The translations under genes and the position numbers were made by a program. A DNA stretch of 64,000 nucleotides from Mobula hypostoma. Taxonomy: Eukaryota. The stretch is taken from contig NC_086109.1 of the NCBI RefSeq assembly GCF_963921235.1, positions 12,400,001 to 12,464,000 of the forward strand, read 5' to 3'. The notes beneath the pieces are model-generated. The model ran no database searches. It was not told where the DNA came from and saw only the letters and a program-made list of their open reading frames with translations. Below, piece by piece: positions 40,566 through 52,006 of the stretch; position 1 is the stretch's first letter; each line of letters opens with the position of its first letter.

Positions 40566-41262
40566 CTGTTGACAACAAAGGGAAGTCCAGGAGCCTGAAT
40601 GTGATCTATTCCCCATGAATGCATTTCAGTTCGAAACACAACCCGTTTTTGATAATATCAGTTTATGAAGAAGCATCTTAATTGATTATCATTCATCGGT
40701 TATGAGAATAAACAACATCTGCAGGCAATTGAATCCATAGAATGAGTTTAACAGTGTATAAGGGTATTAATCAGTTCACAGAAACAGTATGTACGGGTTA
40801 AAATACTTGCTGGGTGATGAAGGAAACATTGGGAAAACTGCTGTTATATTGATATCAATGAGGGTAAAATGTTGGAGAAGGAATTTCAAAAAATCAAAGT
40901 CACTGCCTTGAAGGATGACAGTGGGCAGAAGAATGAAAGTTTGATCTTGATGCAAAATTGAAGCACAGTCAGTGTAATCTGGGAGACTTCACGTTACCTC
41001 CTGGACCACCGTGCTGTGAGGATCAGATTCATCACGTCTCTGGAAAAGGCAATGGTCAACCCATCAGGTTCTTCGACAATGGGATCTCTGCTTTATTTCA
41101 GATGGCCACTCACAATGGAATTTTGTCTGAAACAAGCATTCCATACATTCACATCAAGCATTCTGCACACAAGAGAGCATGTCAAAGCCGAGTTGTATCA
41201 TCTGCATAAAGCTTGGTTTGACCATAGGATAAGAAAGTATTCATGTATTTAAATGTTTTTCT

Positions 41263-41404
41263 TCAAATGAACAGTATATTTGCAAGCAATTTATCTGACA
41301 TCCATAAGCCTATCTTAGTTTCGCTTGTAAACCATGAGACTGAACTCGTGCCGATCATCAGGAGAGCGAAGAGCAGCCAACGGCCCACCTTCCATATCAT
41401 GAAA
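41263..41404 (-). CDS. Transmembrane exon of gene B, Arg type (FMIWKVGRWLLFALLMIGTSSVSWF...)
   Basis: ctcttccattttgctcag acceptor, phase 2; open 47 codons to TGA; W-x-V-x-R-W-L-L-F hydrophobic helix. Confidence 0.8.
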
Positions 41405-41933
41405 CTGAGCAAAATGGAAGAGATATAGAATCAGTGCGAGGAAATGAGGTGGCTTTGTGTTTGAAACATTTGCCTCCTGTTTCAACTGTAATCTCAGTGG
41501 AGTGGAATGATGTAAACCAGCTGAGCTGGAAGGTTCAAAGTGGAGACTAAACTAGTGTTCGACTGAAAGCGAGAGAGAGTGAGAGAGACAGAGAGAAAAA
41601 AACATTTGATTATCTGTTACAGATCTAACTACTGGGACATGACTGCAGAAAAATGAGGACTGTGAATCGGAAATTGCAAAGTGAAAATAAATTTTGACAA
41701 GTAAGTGAAGGGCAGAGGTGAGACTATGATAAAGCAATACCATTGAAGGAAGTAGACACTGCCGTAAGGATAGATGTGATAGATAATAAATGATGCGTGA
41801 CTGATGGTGAAAGGGAGAAGGGACATGAAATATGCAGACAAATTAGAATGATTAATATAGGGTGGCAGAGTGGAGATACGTCTCTACCAAAGGAGGTGTA
41901 AGGCATTATTCCCTCTGCTGGCCTACAGGTCAC

Positions 41934-42030
41934 ATTTGGGCAAGGTTTAGCACCTGCTTAGCCTCCAGATGAGAGTCATATGAAGTCATGGGTGCAGGTG
42001 GGTAAATAGAAATTTGAACAGCTGGTGCAG
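41934..42030 (-). CDS. Candidate stalk exon of gene B (AAPAVQISIYPPAPMTSYDSHLEAKQVLNLAQ)
   Basis: catttccag acceptor, phase 1 matches the V donor; weak AT|gtgacc phase-2 donor matches the TM exon. Confidence 0.4.
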
Positions 42031-42189
42031 CTGGAAATGAAGCAGAGATCCCATTGTCGAGGAATCTGATGGGTTGACCATTTCCTTTTGCAGAGACGTG
42101 ATGAATCTGATCCTCAGAGCCTGGTTGCCGAGGAGACAAAGTAAATACTCCCAGATTATACTGACTATATTAGCATTTTGCATCAAAAA

Positions 42190-44490
42190 AATGAAATCAA
42201 ATCATTAGAAAGAGATGACATAAGGACAGAAGATGTTGAATCATTGTGGATAGAGTTAAGGAACTGCAAGGGTAAAAGGATCTTGATGGGAGTACTATAC
42301 ACACCCCCAAACAGTAGGAAGGATGTTGTCTACAAATTACAACGGGAAATAGCAATGCCAAAGGGCAATGTTACAATAGTCATGGGGGGCATCAATATGC
42401 AGGCAGATTGGGAAAATCAGGTTGGTGCTGGATTTCAGGAGAGGTAATTTTTAGAGTGCCTACAAAAATGCTTTTTCGAGCAGCTCGTGGCGGAGCCCAC
42501 TGGAGGATTGGGATTTGTATAATGTCAAAGCCAACATAACAGCGAAAGAAAGGCCATATAAGAGTGCAAAGATTAGTGGGAAGGTAGAAGATTGGAAAGC
42601 TTTTAAAGACCAATATAAGGCAACTAAAGAAGTCATTCAGAAAGTAAAGATAAAATATTGGCAAGTAAGCTCACCAATAACGTTAAAGAGGATACCAACA
42701 ATTTCTTCAGATATATAAAGTGTAAAATATAGGGAAGAGTGTATACTGGACCACTGGAAAACAATGCTAGAGAGGTAGTAATGGGGGAAAACAAAATAAC
42801 GAATGAACTAAATAAGTATTTTGCATCAGTCTTTGCTGTGGAAGACACGAGCATTATAGCGGAAATTTCAGGTATCAGGGGCATGAAGTGTGTGAACTAG
42901 AGAGAACACTCTTGGGAAACTGAAAGGTCTCAAGGTAGATAAGTCATATAGACCAGTTGGTGCACACCCCAGTTGTCATGGTCTGGTCTGTGAAGTCGGA
43001 ATTCTAGTTCACGGTCTGGTCTCCATGGACTCAGGACTCCGGGTCTTCCAGCTGTCCATCGTTTGGTTGAGTTAATCATAGGCACCTGATTCCCATCTTG
43101 GGGCTTGGAATATAAGAGGCCTTGGGGTTGAGTGTGGGCTGCTGGTTTGTCCTGTCAGTCCCCCTTGAAGCAACCTGCTGATGGAAGGCTAGTGAAACCA
43201 TTCGTGATCTCTGGGCCTGGTTGGAGGACCACTGCTTCATGGAGCCTTGTTGCCACTCATTGGAGTAGTCTTTGTGGTATGGATTTGGCTGTTTCCTGGA
43301 CCAGCTGAGTGGCCGTCAGCCACTCCGAACTAGGTAGGGATCCGGCTGTTTCCGTAGCCAGCAGAGGTTGTTGGCTGTAACTGTGACTTGGAGCAACCCT
43401 GAAGCAGAGATGGGACTGTTTGTTGTTCTTTGGTGTTTGTCTCTTCTTGTCCTTGCCTCTGTGGGGTAGTCAGGTGGTTTTGCTGTTGTCCTGTGGGGGG
43501 ATCTGTCTTGTCTTGTCCTTGCCTCTGTTGGGTAAGTCTGGCTGTTTTGCTCTTACCAAACAGGTGGACCTGTTCCACCTTGGTGTGGAGGGGTTTAGCC
43601 TGGCTTGTCTAAGTATAAGTCCTGGCTCTATGTCTATGTGCGATCCTGTCTCATGTTGGTGTTGTGTTAATGATGAATCCCGGCTGTTTGAAGGATAAGT
43701 CCTGGCTCAATGTTGATGTTCAGTTCCCAGTCTGCCTCTCAGCTCTAGTCTCTGAGTTATCAGCCTCGGCATTTCAAGACAAAGATCCCGCAGCCTCCAA
43801 GCTCCAAGGACCCAAGGCTCAACGCTCCTGCAGCCTCCAAGCTCACGACCCAAGGCCCCAGCCACATCCTGTCCTGAAGCCATGTCATGTCCTTGCCTGG
43901 TTCTGGGGTCCGAGTGCGAGGCAAGACCCAAGTTCTGGGTCCTTGTTAGTCTCGGGCTCAGAGTCGAAGCCTTGTCTCCTAGTCCATGGTTTCGAGTCCT
44001 GGTCCAGCCTTCCCTAGCCCAAGTCTACGTTCTTGTCCCTGCTGCTGGTCTGAATCCTGTCACGTCCCTACTCTAGTCAAGTCCTGTTCCTTGTACTGTA
44101 CTTCAGTGTCTGTGTCTCTCATTTGGGTCCATTCACAGCACCCCATTGTGACACCAGTGTTCTTAGAGGTTGCTGAAGAGATTGTGGAGGCATTAGTAAT
44201 GATCTTTCAAGAATCACTCAATTCTGGAATGGTTCTGAAAGACTGGAAAATTGCAAATGTCTCTCCACTCTTCAAGAAGTGACAGAGGCAGAAAAAGGAA
44301 ACTATAGATCAGTTAGTCTGACCACTATGGTTGGGAAGATGTTGAAGTCGATTACCAATAATGAGATCTCTGAGTATTTGGAGGCACATGATAAAATAGT
44401 CCACAGTGAACTATGGTCTGTAATGATTCCACAAGGGAAAATCTTGCCTGACAAATATGTTGGAATTTATCTCTCATTCTTCTAAACTCC
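42190..44490 (+). mobile_element. Degenerate CR1 ORF2 (endonuclease to RT), split by a solo LTR
   Basis: [36 protein letters not shown]. Confidence 0.85.
42974..44153 (+). mobile_element. Solo LTR with 5-bp TSD (CCAGT), same family as 12268-13276
   Basis: TGTCA...TGACA termini; ccagt at 42969-42973 and 44154-44158; TATA-like aatataag near 43090. Confidence 0.9.
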
Positions 44491-44539
44491 AGTGAGTACA
44501 GGCCCAGAGGTTTCAATCGCTCCTCATACATTAGGGAAA

Positions 44540-46140
44540 TTTGACATCATCTGGAGTTTAATAGTTAGATCCCTTTAGAATTGATATACAGAGAGTTTTT
44601 GGGGTACAAGTCCATTGCTCTCTGAATGTGGCAACACAAGTGGACATAATGGTAATGAAAGCATTCAGCATGTTTGCCTTCTTCATTCTACATGCTGGAG
44701 ACTAAGGCTGACAAGGCAACTTGTAGCCATGAAACTTTGTTAGGGCACATTTGGAACATAATGTACAGTTCTGTTTGCAACTATATAGAAAGGATGGAAA
44801 GGTTCTGGAGAAGGTAAAGAGCTTCACCAACATGTCACCTGGATTGGAGTATAGTAGCTATGGGGAGAAGTTGGACAAACTTGGATTGTTTTTGCTGGAG
44901 TGTAGGCTGAGGAGAGAACTGATAGAAGTTTATAAAGTTACAGAATCATAGATCAGGAAGATAATCAGGATCTATTTTCCAGGGTTAAAATAACAAATAA
45001 TGGTGAGCATGGTTTTAAGGCGATAAGGGGAAAATTTAAAGGAAGTTTGTTCACCGTTAACCTATGACCTCTGATCGTAGTCCCACCCAACCTCAGTGGA
45101 AAAAGCTTGCTTCCACTTGTCCTATCTATACCCCTCATAATTTCGTGCACCTCTATCAAATCTCCTTTTGTTCTTCTACGTTCTAAGGAATACAGTCCAA
45201 AGCTATTCAATCTTTCCTTATAACTAAGGTCTTCCAGATCTGGCAACATCCTTGTAAATTTTCTTTTCACTCTTTCAACTTTGTTTACATCTCTCCTGAA
45301 GGCAGGTGACCAAAACTGCGCACAATAATCCAAATTAGGCCTCACTATCTTATACAACTTCAACATATCATCCTATCTCTTACACTCAATACATTTTTTT
45401 ATGAAGGGCAATGTGCCAAAGTATTTCTTTACGACCCTATCTAACTGTGACACCACTTTCAACAAATTATGGATTAGTATTCCTTTTGTTCTACCACACT
45501 CCTCAGTGCCCTACTGTTCTCTTTGTAAGAACTACCCTGGTAGGTGCTTCCAGTGCAAAACCTCACACTTGACTGCATTAAATTCCATCTGCCAATTTTC
45601 AGCCCATTTTTCCAGCTTTTACAGATCCCTCTGCAAGTCATGAAAGCATTCCTCACTGTCCACTACACCCCCCAATCTTGGTGTCATCTGCAAACTTGCT
45701 GTTCTATTTAACCACATTATCATCCAGATCATTGATATAGATGCAAAGAACAACAGACTCAGTACCATACTCTGTGGAACTCCATGAGTCACAGGCCTCC
45801 AGTCAGAGAGGCAACCATCTACTACCACTCTCTGGCTTCTTCCACAAAGCTAATGTCTAATCCAGTTTGCTACCTCATCTTGAATGCCAAGCAACTGAAA
45901 CTTATTGACCTATCTCCAAAGCTGGTTTTCATCAAGTGCCTTGCTAATGTCTATGTAAACAACACCCACTGCCTTGTCTTCATCCACTTTCCTGGTAAAC
46001 TCTTCAAGAAACTTTATAAGATTGGTTGGACGTGAACTACCATGCCTGAAGCCATGCTGACTATCCTTAATCAGTCCATAGCTATCCAAATATTACATGT
46101 ATCTTAGAATGTGGCTCTTAGAACACATTCCAATAACTTT
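44540..46140. mobile_element. CR1 fragments (plus 44540-45045; minus 45050-46140)
   Basis: ORFs 44751-44951 (+), 44965-45366 (-) and 45619-45828 (-) carry CR1 motifs. Confidence 0.8.
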
Positions 46141-46154
46141 CCTACACTGATGTC

Positions 46155-46780
46155 AGACTTTATTTTTAGATTATGAGGACATGCAGTCATCTTTTATTGC
46201 CATTTAGTAATGCATGCATTAAGAAATAATACAATATTCCTCCGGAGTGATATCACAGATACACAGGACAGACCAAGACTGAAAAACTGACAAAAACCAC
46301 ATAATTATAACATATAGTTACAACAGTCCAAGCAGTACCGTAACTTGACGAAGAACAGGCCATTAGCACAGTAAAAAGTTCAAAGTCTCTCGGAAGTCCC
46401 ACATCTCACGCAGACGGGAGAAGGAAGAAAACTCTCCCTGCCATATCCGACCACAGTCCGACTCTGAGGTGTCCGAAAACTTCGAGCTCCGACCGGCCCT
46501 CCAGCACCGAGCACCATCTCTGCCAAACACTTCGACCCCGGCCCCGGCTGCCAGCAGCAGGCAAAGCCGAGGATTTTGTGGCCTTCCCTCCGGAGATTCT
46601 AGATCGCACGGTAGCAGCGGCAGCAAACCGGGCATTTCAGAAGTTACTCCAGATGTTCCTCTGTGCTCTCGTGGCTGAGTCCATCAAATCAGAATTGTTC
46701 ACGGCCCCTAGTTAACAATAACATATCACTTCACCGGAGAGGCTACGCGTGCTGCGACGCGCCGCCATCCTCTCCTTACC
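46155..46780 (-). mobile_element. (AATCT)n-tailed non-autonomous retroelement
   Basis: Homologous to 12186-13836 and 50228-50905. Confidence 0.75.
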
Positions 46781-47264
46781 GCTCTATAATTTCCTGTTTT
46801 ATGTTTAGAGCCATTTTTAAACAGCAGAACAACTGTGGTTATCCTCCAGTCCTCTGTCTTCTGTCACTAAGGATGATTTAAATACGTATGGCATGGCCCC
46901 AGTAATTTCTGCACTTGCCACCTATAGAGTCCAAGGGAAAAACTCAGCAGGCCCCGGCGATTTATCCACACTGATTTGCCTCAGGGCAGCAAATACTTTC
47001 TCCTCTGACAGGGTGACAATTCATGGAGTTCCGAGGCAGGAAAATGTGCTGAGCCTCCCACTGGAAATCAGTGTCCCGGCCCTGGGTCAGACCCTGCGCC
47101 GGGTGAGAGAATTATGAGTGGGATTTCTTTACCCTTGTCCACTCGCCACAGATCTCCGCACTGCTGTGGAGCCTCCGGATATTCCTGCTGCCCTGACTCT
47201 TTCCAGAGAAAACATGTATCAGGCATTTCAGTGGAGACATCAAGTCGAACAATGAGAAACCTAC

Positions 47265-47584
47265 CGTCAGATACTTGTAGATGCACATCACACACTGGAT
47301 GATTGCCAGATGTTGTAATTCCACACCTGTAAACTGCTGTATCATTAGAGACAAGGTTCTCCATAGTAACAGTAAATATTTGCTAGGATGTGTTACCTCT
47401 CACTGTCATTCTTCCATACTGCTCAGTTGTCCATCTGTATTCACTAACGATGTGCATTGACGACCCCACATGCGGCGCAAATACTTTGTGTGTGAACGGT
47501 ACATTGGTGCATAGTGACAATCGATTGTGATCACTCTTCCCACAACTCCTCTTACTTTATCATCTGGCCATAAAGCACCCAGAA
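47265..47584 (-). pseudogene. V-set exon of gene B, frameshifted
   Basis: Close paralog of V-A; 1-nt deletion near 47430 then TGA; KYLC changed to KYLR; acceptor tttcag changed to ttctgg; donor GAC G|gtaggt intact. Confidence 0.9.
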
Positions 47585-48529
47585 CTGAGGGAGAAAATCT
47601 TCAAAAAATAGACAGGTAAAATCAAATTTACACAAGCAGATTTAAGATTGCAGCTTGTTTAATGTTATTTCCTGTACAAACGTGTAAATAAGAATGAGAT
47701 CATTGTTATTCTGGATTTAATGCAGCACAAAAATACATAAAAGATATAGAACACAATATCTGAGTTTATTTGAGGAGTTGATCAAAGGAACTGCTGAGAA
47801 CAGGACAGTAGTGTTTAGCACATGAATTTAGCAAGGCATTTGACAAGATCTTGCTTTGTAGACTGATCTGTAATGTGAGATTACATGGTAAACTAGCCGG
47901 ATGGATACTGAATGGGCTTGGTGGAAGGAATCAAATTGTGGTAGTGGAGTGTTGGTTTTCTGACGAATTCAGACATTATCATCAGTCGTGTGCCATTGGG
48001 ATCAGTGCTGTTATTTGTTAATCTCTTTTACTTTTTATCAATATTAATAATTTAGAATGAAAATGTAGGTGACATGATAAGTAAGTTACAGGTGACAGTG
48101 TAGCGCTGTGGGCAGTGGAAAAAGTTGTCTAAGTTTACATGAGGATCTCAAAAATGAACCAGTGTTCATCCTCATTACTTTGTGCCAGCAAGATCCCCCC
48201 CACCAGAGCCCGTCCTGTCAGCTTGCATCGGACCCATCTCCCTCTCTTCTCGGTACTACCATCAGGTGGAAGGTGCAGGATTCTTGGGTCCCATGCTGCC
48301 GGGATCATCAGCAGTCGGTGCCCTGCAGCTATCGGGCTCCTGGATTGGTTTCACTCACCTCAACGCTGAACTGAGCCCGCAGCTGTGGACTCACTTTCAG
48401 GGACTCTGCCTCTCAAGTTCCATGTATTAATTGTTTACATATTTTTACGATGTGCACAATTTGTCTTCTTCTGCACATTGGATGTTTGTCGTGGATTCCA
48501 TTGTGTTTCTTTGTTTTGTGGGCAAAGGT

Positions 48530-49190
48530 ATGGTGGATGGTCACAGGCTTTATCCCAGAGTGGGTGTGTGGCCTCCGTCGGTCGTGGTTGACCATGGGTA
48601 CTGTGCCTCTGGTAGTCACTGAAGCGAAGCTGGACTGGCCTCTCCAGGGCGCAAGCCGGGGCAGAATTGATAAGAGATCCGTCTGTTGCCCATGCAGTGG
48701 GACCCCCTTCTCCATGCTGATGATAGGTGCAAAGGAACGACAAAAGTCGATACGGTTTGGTGCCAGCAGCATCGCAGGAGTTGCCGTGCCGGTGCTGGGT
48801 ACGACAGTCAGCCGCCTTCGGGACTCCGACTCTGGATTTTTCCTCGGGGTTTACTCCCAAAGCCTTTCCCGTGAGCGGGTATAGCCACAAGGCAGCGGAG
48901 GTTTGAAATCGGAGTTTTCCCTTTCCTAGATGAGCTGCCATCCGTGGTTAATGAGCCCCATCTGCCCGGAGCAACTGGTTTTAAGTGCCAGTGGCCCGCC
49001 TTTGCCCCTTCTCCTATCAGTGAGAACAGCTCCGCCGGGCATAAGAACTATGCCACATGTGAAGGCCAGGAGTTGGACTTGGTTGTCAGAGGCTGTTTGA
49101 GATGCATGCCATGAAGAGCATTTGTTTAGCAGTGGGAGCTCATCCTCACTACCACCCTTCGGCTATGACTATCCTTGGAGCCAAAAACTA
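48530..49190 (-). mobile_element. SINE-like or non-autonomous retroelement inserted in intron 1 of gene B
   Basis: GC-rich block absent from the paralogous intron at ~18250. Confidence 0.5.
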
Positions 49191-50227
49191 GAGAGCCGAG
49201 ACTGAAAGTGAGGGGGCAAAGTCTGAGAGGCGTTGGAGGGGCAGTGTTTTCCGCACAGAGCAGTGTGTATGTGGAGAAGTGCTAGAGATGGATACAAATA
49301 CGCTATTTAAAATACATTTGGGCAAGATCATATATAGGAAAGATTTAGATTGGTATGAGCCAAATGAAGGGAAATGGGAGAAGCTGAAGAAGACACCGTA
49401 GTCAGCATGGATGATTTGGGGTGAAGCTCCTGTTTCCATGACCTATAACTCTTTGACTCTGCAGCACCCTCTCTAAACTGGATCACACTTCTGAAAGTTT
49501 AAAGTCAGAATTCTATTCCATTGCATAGGTGTGGCAGCTTATAGACAATAGGTGCAGGAGTAGGCTATTTGGCCCTTTGAGCCAGCACTGCATTCACTGT
49601 GATCATGGCTGATCATCCACAATCAGTACCCCATTCCTGCCTTCTCCCCATATCCCTTGACTCTGCTGTCTTTAAGAGCTCTGTCTATTTCTTTCTTGAA
49701 AGCATCCAGAGAATTGGCCTCCACTGCCCTCTGAGGCAGAGCATTCCACAAAACCACAACTCTGTGTGAAAAAGATTTTCCTCAAGCTTATGGGGTCACC
49801 ACCAATCAGACTGCACTTCGATTTCAGATTTCAAAGTTCAAAGTACACTTATTATCAAATATATATATTATATACAACCTTGAGATTCGCCTCCTTACAG
49901 TCAGCCACAAATGAGAAGAAAATCAATAGAACTGACTAAAAAAAGATGCACTAACACCCAATGTGGTGAAGCTTTATGAGGCACTGGAGAGGCCTCACCT
50001 TGATTGTTGTGAGCAACTTTAGGTTCCTCGTTTCAGAAAAGATGAGTTGACATTGCAGAGGGTTCAGAGGAGGTTCACAAGGATGATTCCAGGAATGAAA
50101 GGGTTATCATACTCCGGCGTCCTGAGCAGGAACCCAGGGCCGACCTTCTAGTGCAGTACTGAGGGAGAGCCGCAGTGTTGAACTTACAGTTAACTCAGAT
50201 GTACACAAAGATCCCAGCTAATTTAGC

Positions 50228-50905
50228 TTAGATTTTAGATTATGAGGACACTCAGTCCTGGTTTATTTTCATTTAGAAATGCATGCGTTAAGAAATGATA
50301 CAATGTTCCTCCAGAGTGATATCACAAAAACAAGACAAATCAAAGACTAACTCTGACAAGACCACATAATTATAACCTATAGTTACAGCAGTGCAGAACA
50401 ATACCATATTTTGATAAAGAGCAGACCATGGGAACGGTTAAAAAAAAGTCTCAAAGTTACGATCAACTTCCGATAGTCCCGATAGCAGGCGGCAAAAGGG
50501 AGAATCTCTCCCTGCCATAAACCTCCAGGCGCCAACAACTGCCGATGCATTGGAAGCACCCGACCACAGCCGACTCTGAGTCCGTCCGAAAACTTCGAGC
50601 CTCCCACCAGCCCCTCCGATACAGCCTCCCGAGCACCATCCTCTGCCGAGCGCCTTAAACCCGCCCCGGCCGCCGAGCAACAAGCAAAGCCGAGGATTCG
50701 GAGCCTTCTCCTCTGGAGATTCTGGATCACACAGTAGCAGCGGCAACGAAGCAGGCATTTCAGAAGTTTCTCCAGATTTGACTGCGTGCTCTCACGTCTG
50801 TCTCCATCAAATCAGGATTGTGCATAGCACCCTACTTGACAGATAACAGATATCATTCACCGGAGTGGCCGCTGTGCGCTGCGTCGTGCCGCCATCGTCT
50901 CCTCC
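50228..50905 (-). mobile_element. (AATCT)n-tailed non-autonomous retroelement
   Basis: Homologous to 12186-13836 and 46155-46780. Confidence 0.75.
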
Positions 50906-51969
50906 CAAAATTTATTTGGGATTTGTGTGTATGTTTCGGATTCTGGGGAACTCCGGGGTTGAGTCGGGGGTTGGTAGGATCATTTGAGGTTATGTTTCAA
51001 TTCTCTCCATGATGCCAACGCCCTGAAATCCTCCTCATGTACAGACAAGTTTATAAACTGCAGAAAGAAACCCCTCATGATGTCTGAAACTGTGCCCTCT
51101 GGTTATGATGGAAATTTTATATTTTGTACCTGACCAGTATTTCTATGTGTAGTTAGAAAGTGGTGCAACAGTAGTCATTACCACTTTAGTATCTAGAAAT
51201 CCAGGTGTGACTTCAGTTTCTGTAAAGATACATTGAGAGTTTAAATCCAATGAATTATTTATGTCTGGAATACAAAAATCACATATCAATAATGATAAAG
51301 TTCAACTACTGGAATGTCAAAATCCCATTTGGATCGGAAAAGCATTTCAGGACAGAAATCTCTCCTCCCCACCCACCCTGGTTTACCTTTGACTCCGGAT
51401 CTAGTAATGTTCTTTACTAATTGCCCCGCTGAAATGGCCCAGGGAAGACACTGCTGTCAACACAATAATGCCGATTGTTGTAGTGATTCCTGCAGATTCC
51501 ACCAATGGTAGACCCGATGTTCCGGCTTAACAGCCTGCAGGAAATTTCTCCAGCTGGACATTTTCTCCCCCCACCCCCCCACCTTTCTACACACTATTCC
51601 CCTTTTCTCCTTATCTGCTTTCACTTCTCACTCACGTCCAAACCCCACCCCTTAACATTTGACTGTCGTGCTTCACCCCTCCTCAGTCCCCAACCACCTA
51701 GTGGACCCAGTCTCACGCCTCCCTCTCTTCTGTTTACACCCTCTCCCTCTCCACTCACACTTGAAGCAGAGTCTCGACCCAAACCATTAATATTTCCTCT
51801 CCATCTGACAGATGCTGCTTGATCCGTTGAATTCCTCCAGGATTGTACTCTGAACTCCAGTTTCTGACATCTTTAGTGTCTACAGATATTCAAGTACTGT
51901 TCTGAAAATGGTGTCTGACCCCCAAACCAACACTGATTATGGAAGTACCCAGTGCAGCTTGTTACTCAC

Positions 51970-52006
51970 CGGATAGAAAACCAGTCAGAAGAATCGAAGA
52001 CCACAT
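51970..52006 (-). CDS. Leader exon of gene B (MWSSILLTGFLS-G)
   Basis: ATG, G|gtgagt donor, 37 nt, paralogous to 6100 and 34317. Confidence 0.8.

Larger units (their letters stand above)
40950..42184. repeat. Inverted repeat pair: arms ~40950-41100 (+) and ~42031-42184 (-)
   Basis: Both arms read gatgcaaaa..cagt.taatctgggag..tgaggatcagattcatcacgtctctg.aaaagg.aatggtcaacccatcag.ttc.tcgacaatgggatctctgctt.attt(c)cag. Confidence 0.9.

Noticed and set aside
40566-40618. Plus-strand acceptor followed by VDNKGKSRSLNVIYSP*
   Set aside because: No plus-strand upstream exons found; likely chance
41724-41830. Ser/Thr-rich possible extra stalk exon (VTHHLLSITSILTAVSTSFN)
   Set aside because: Frame and phase ambiguous; cannot be placed without transcripts
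48413-48941. Several long overlapping ORFs
   Set aside because: Lie in a GC-rich SINE-like insertion absent from the paralogous intron
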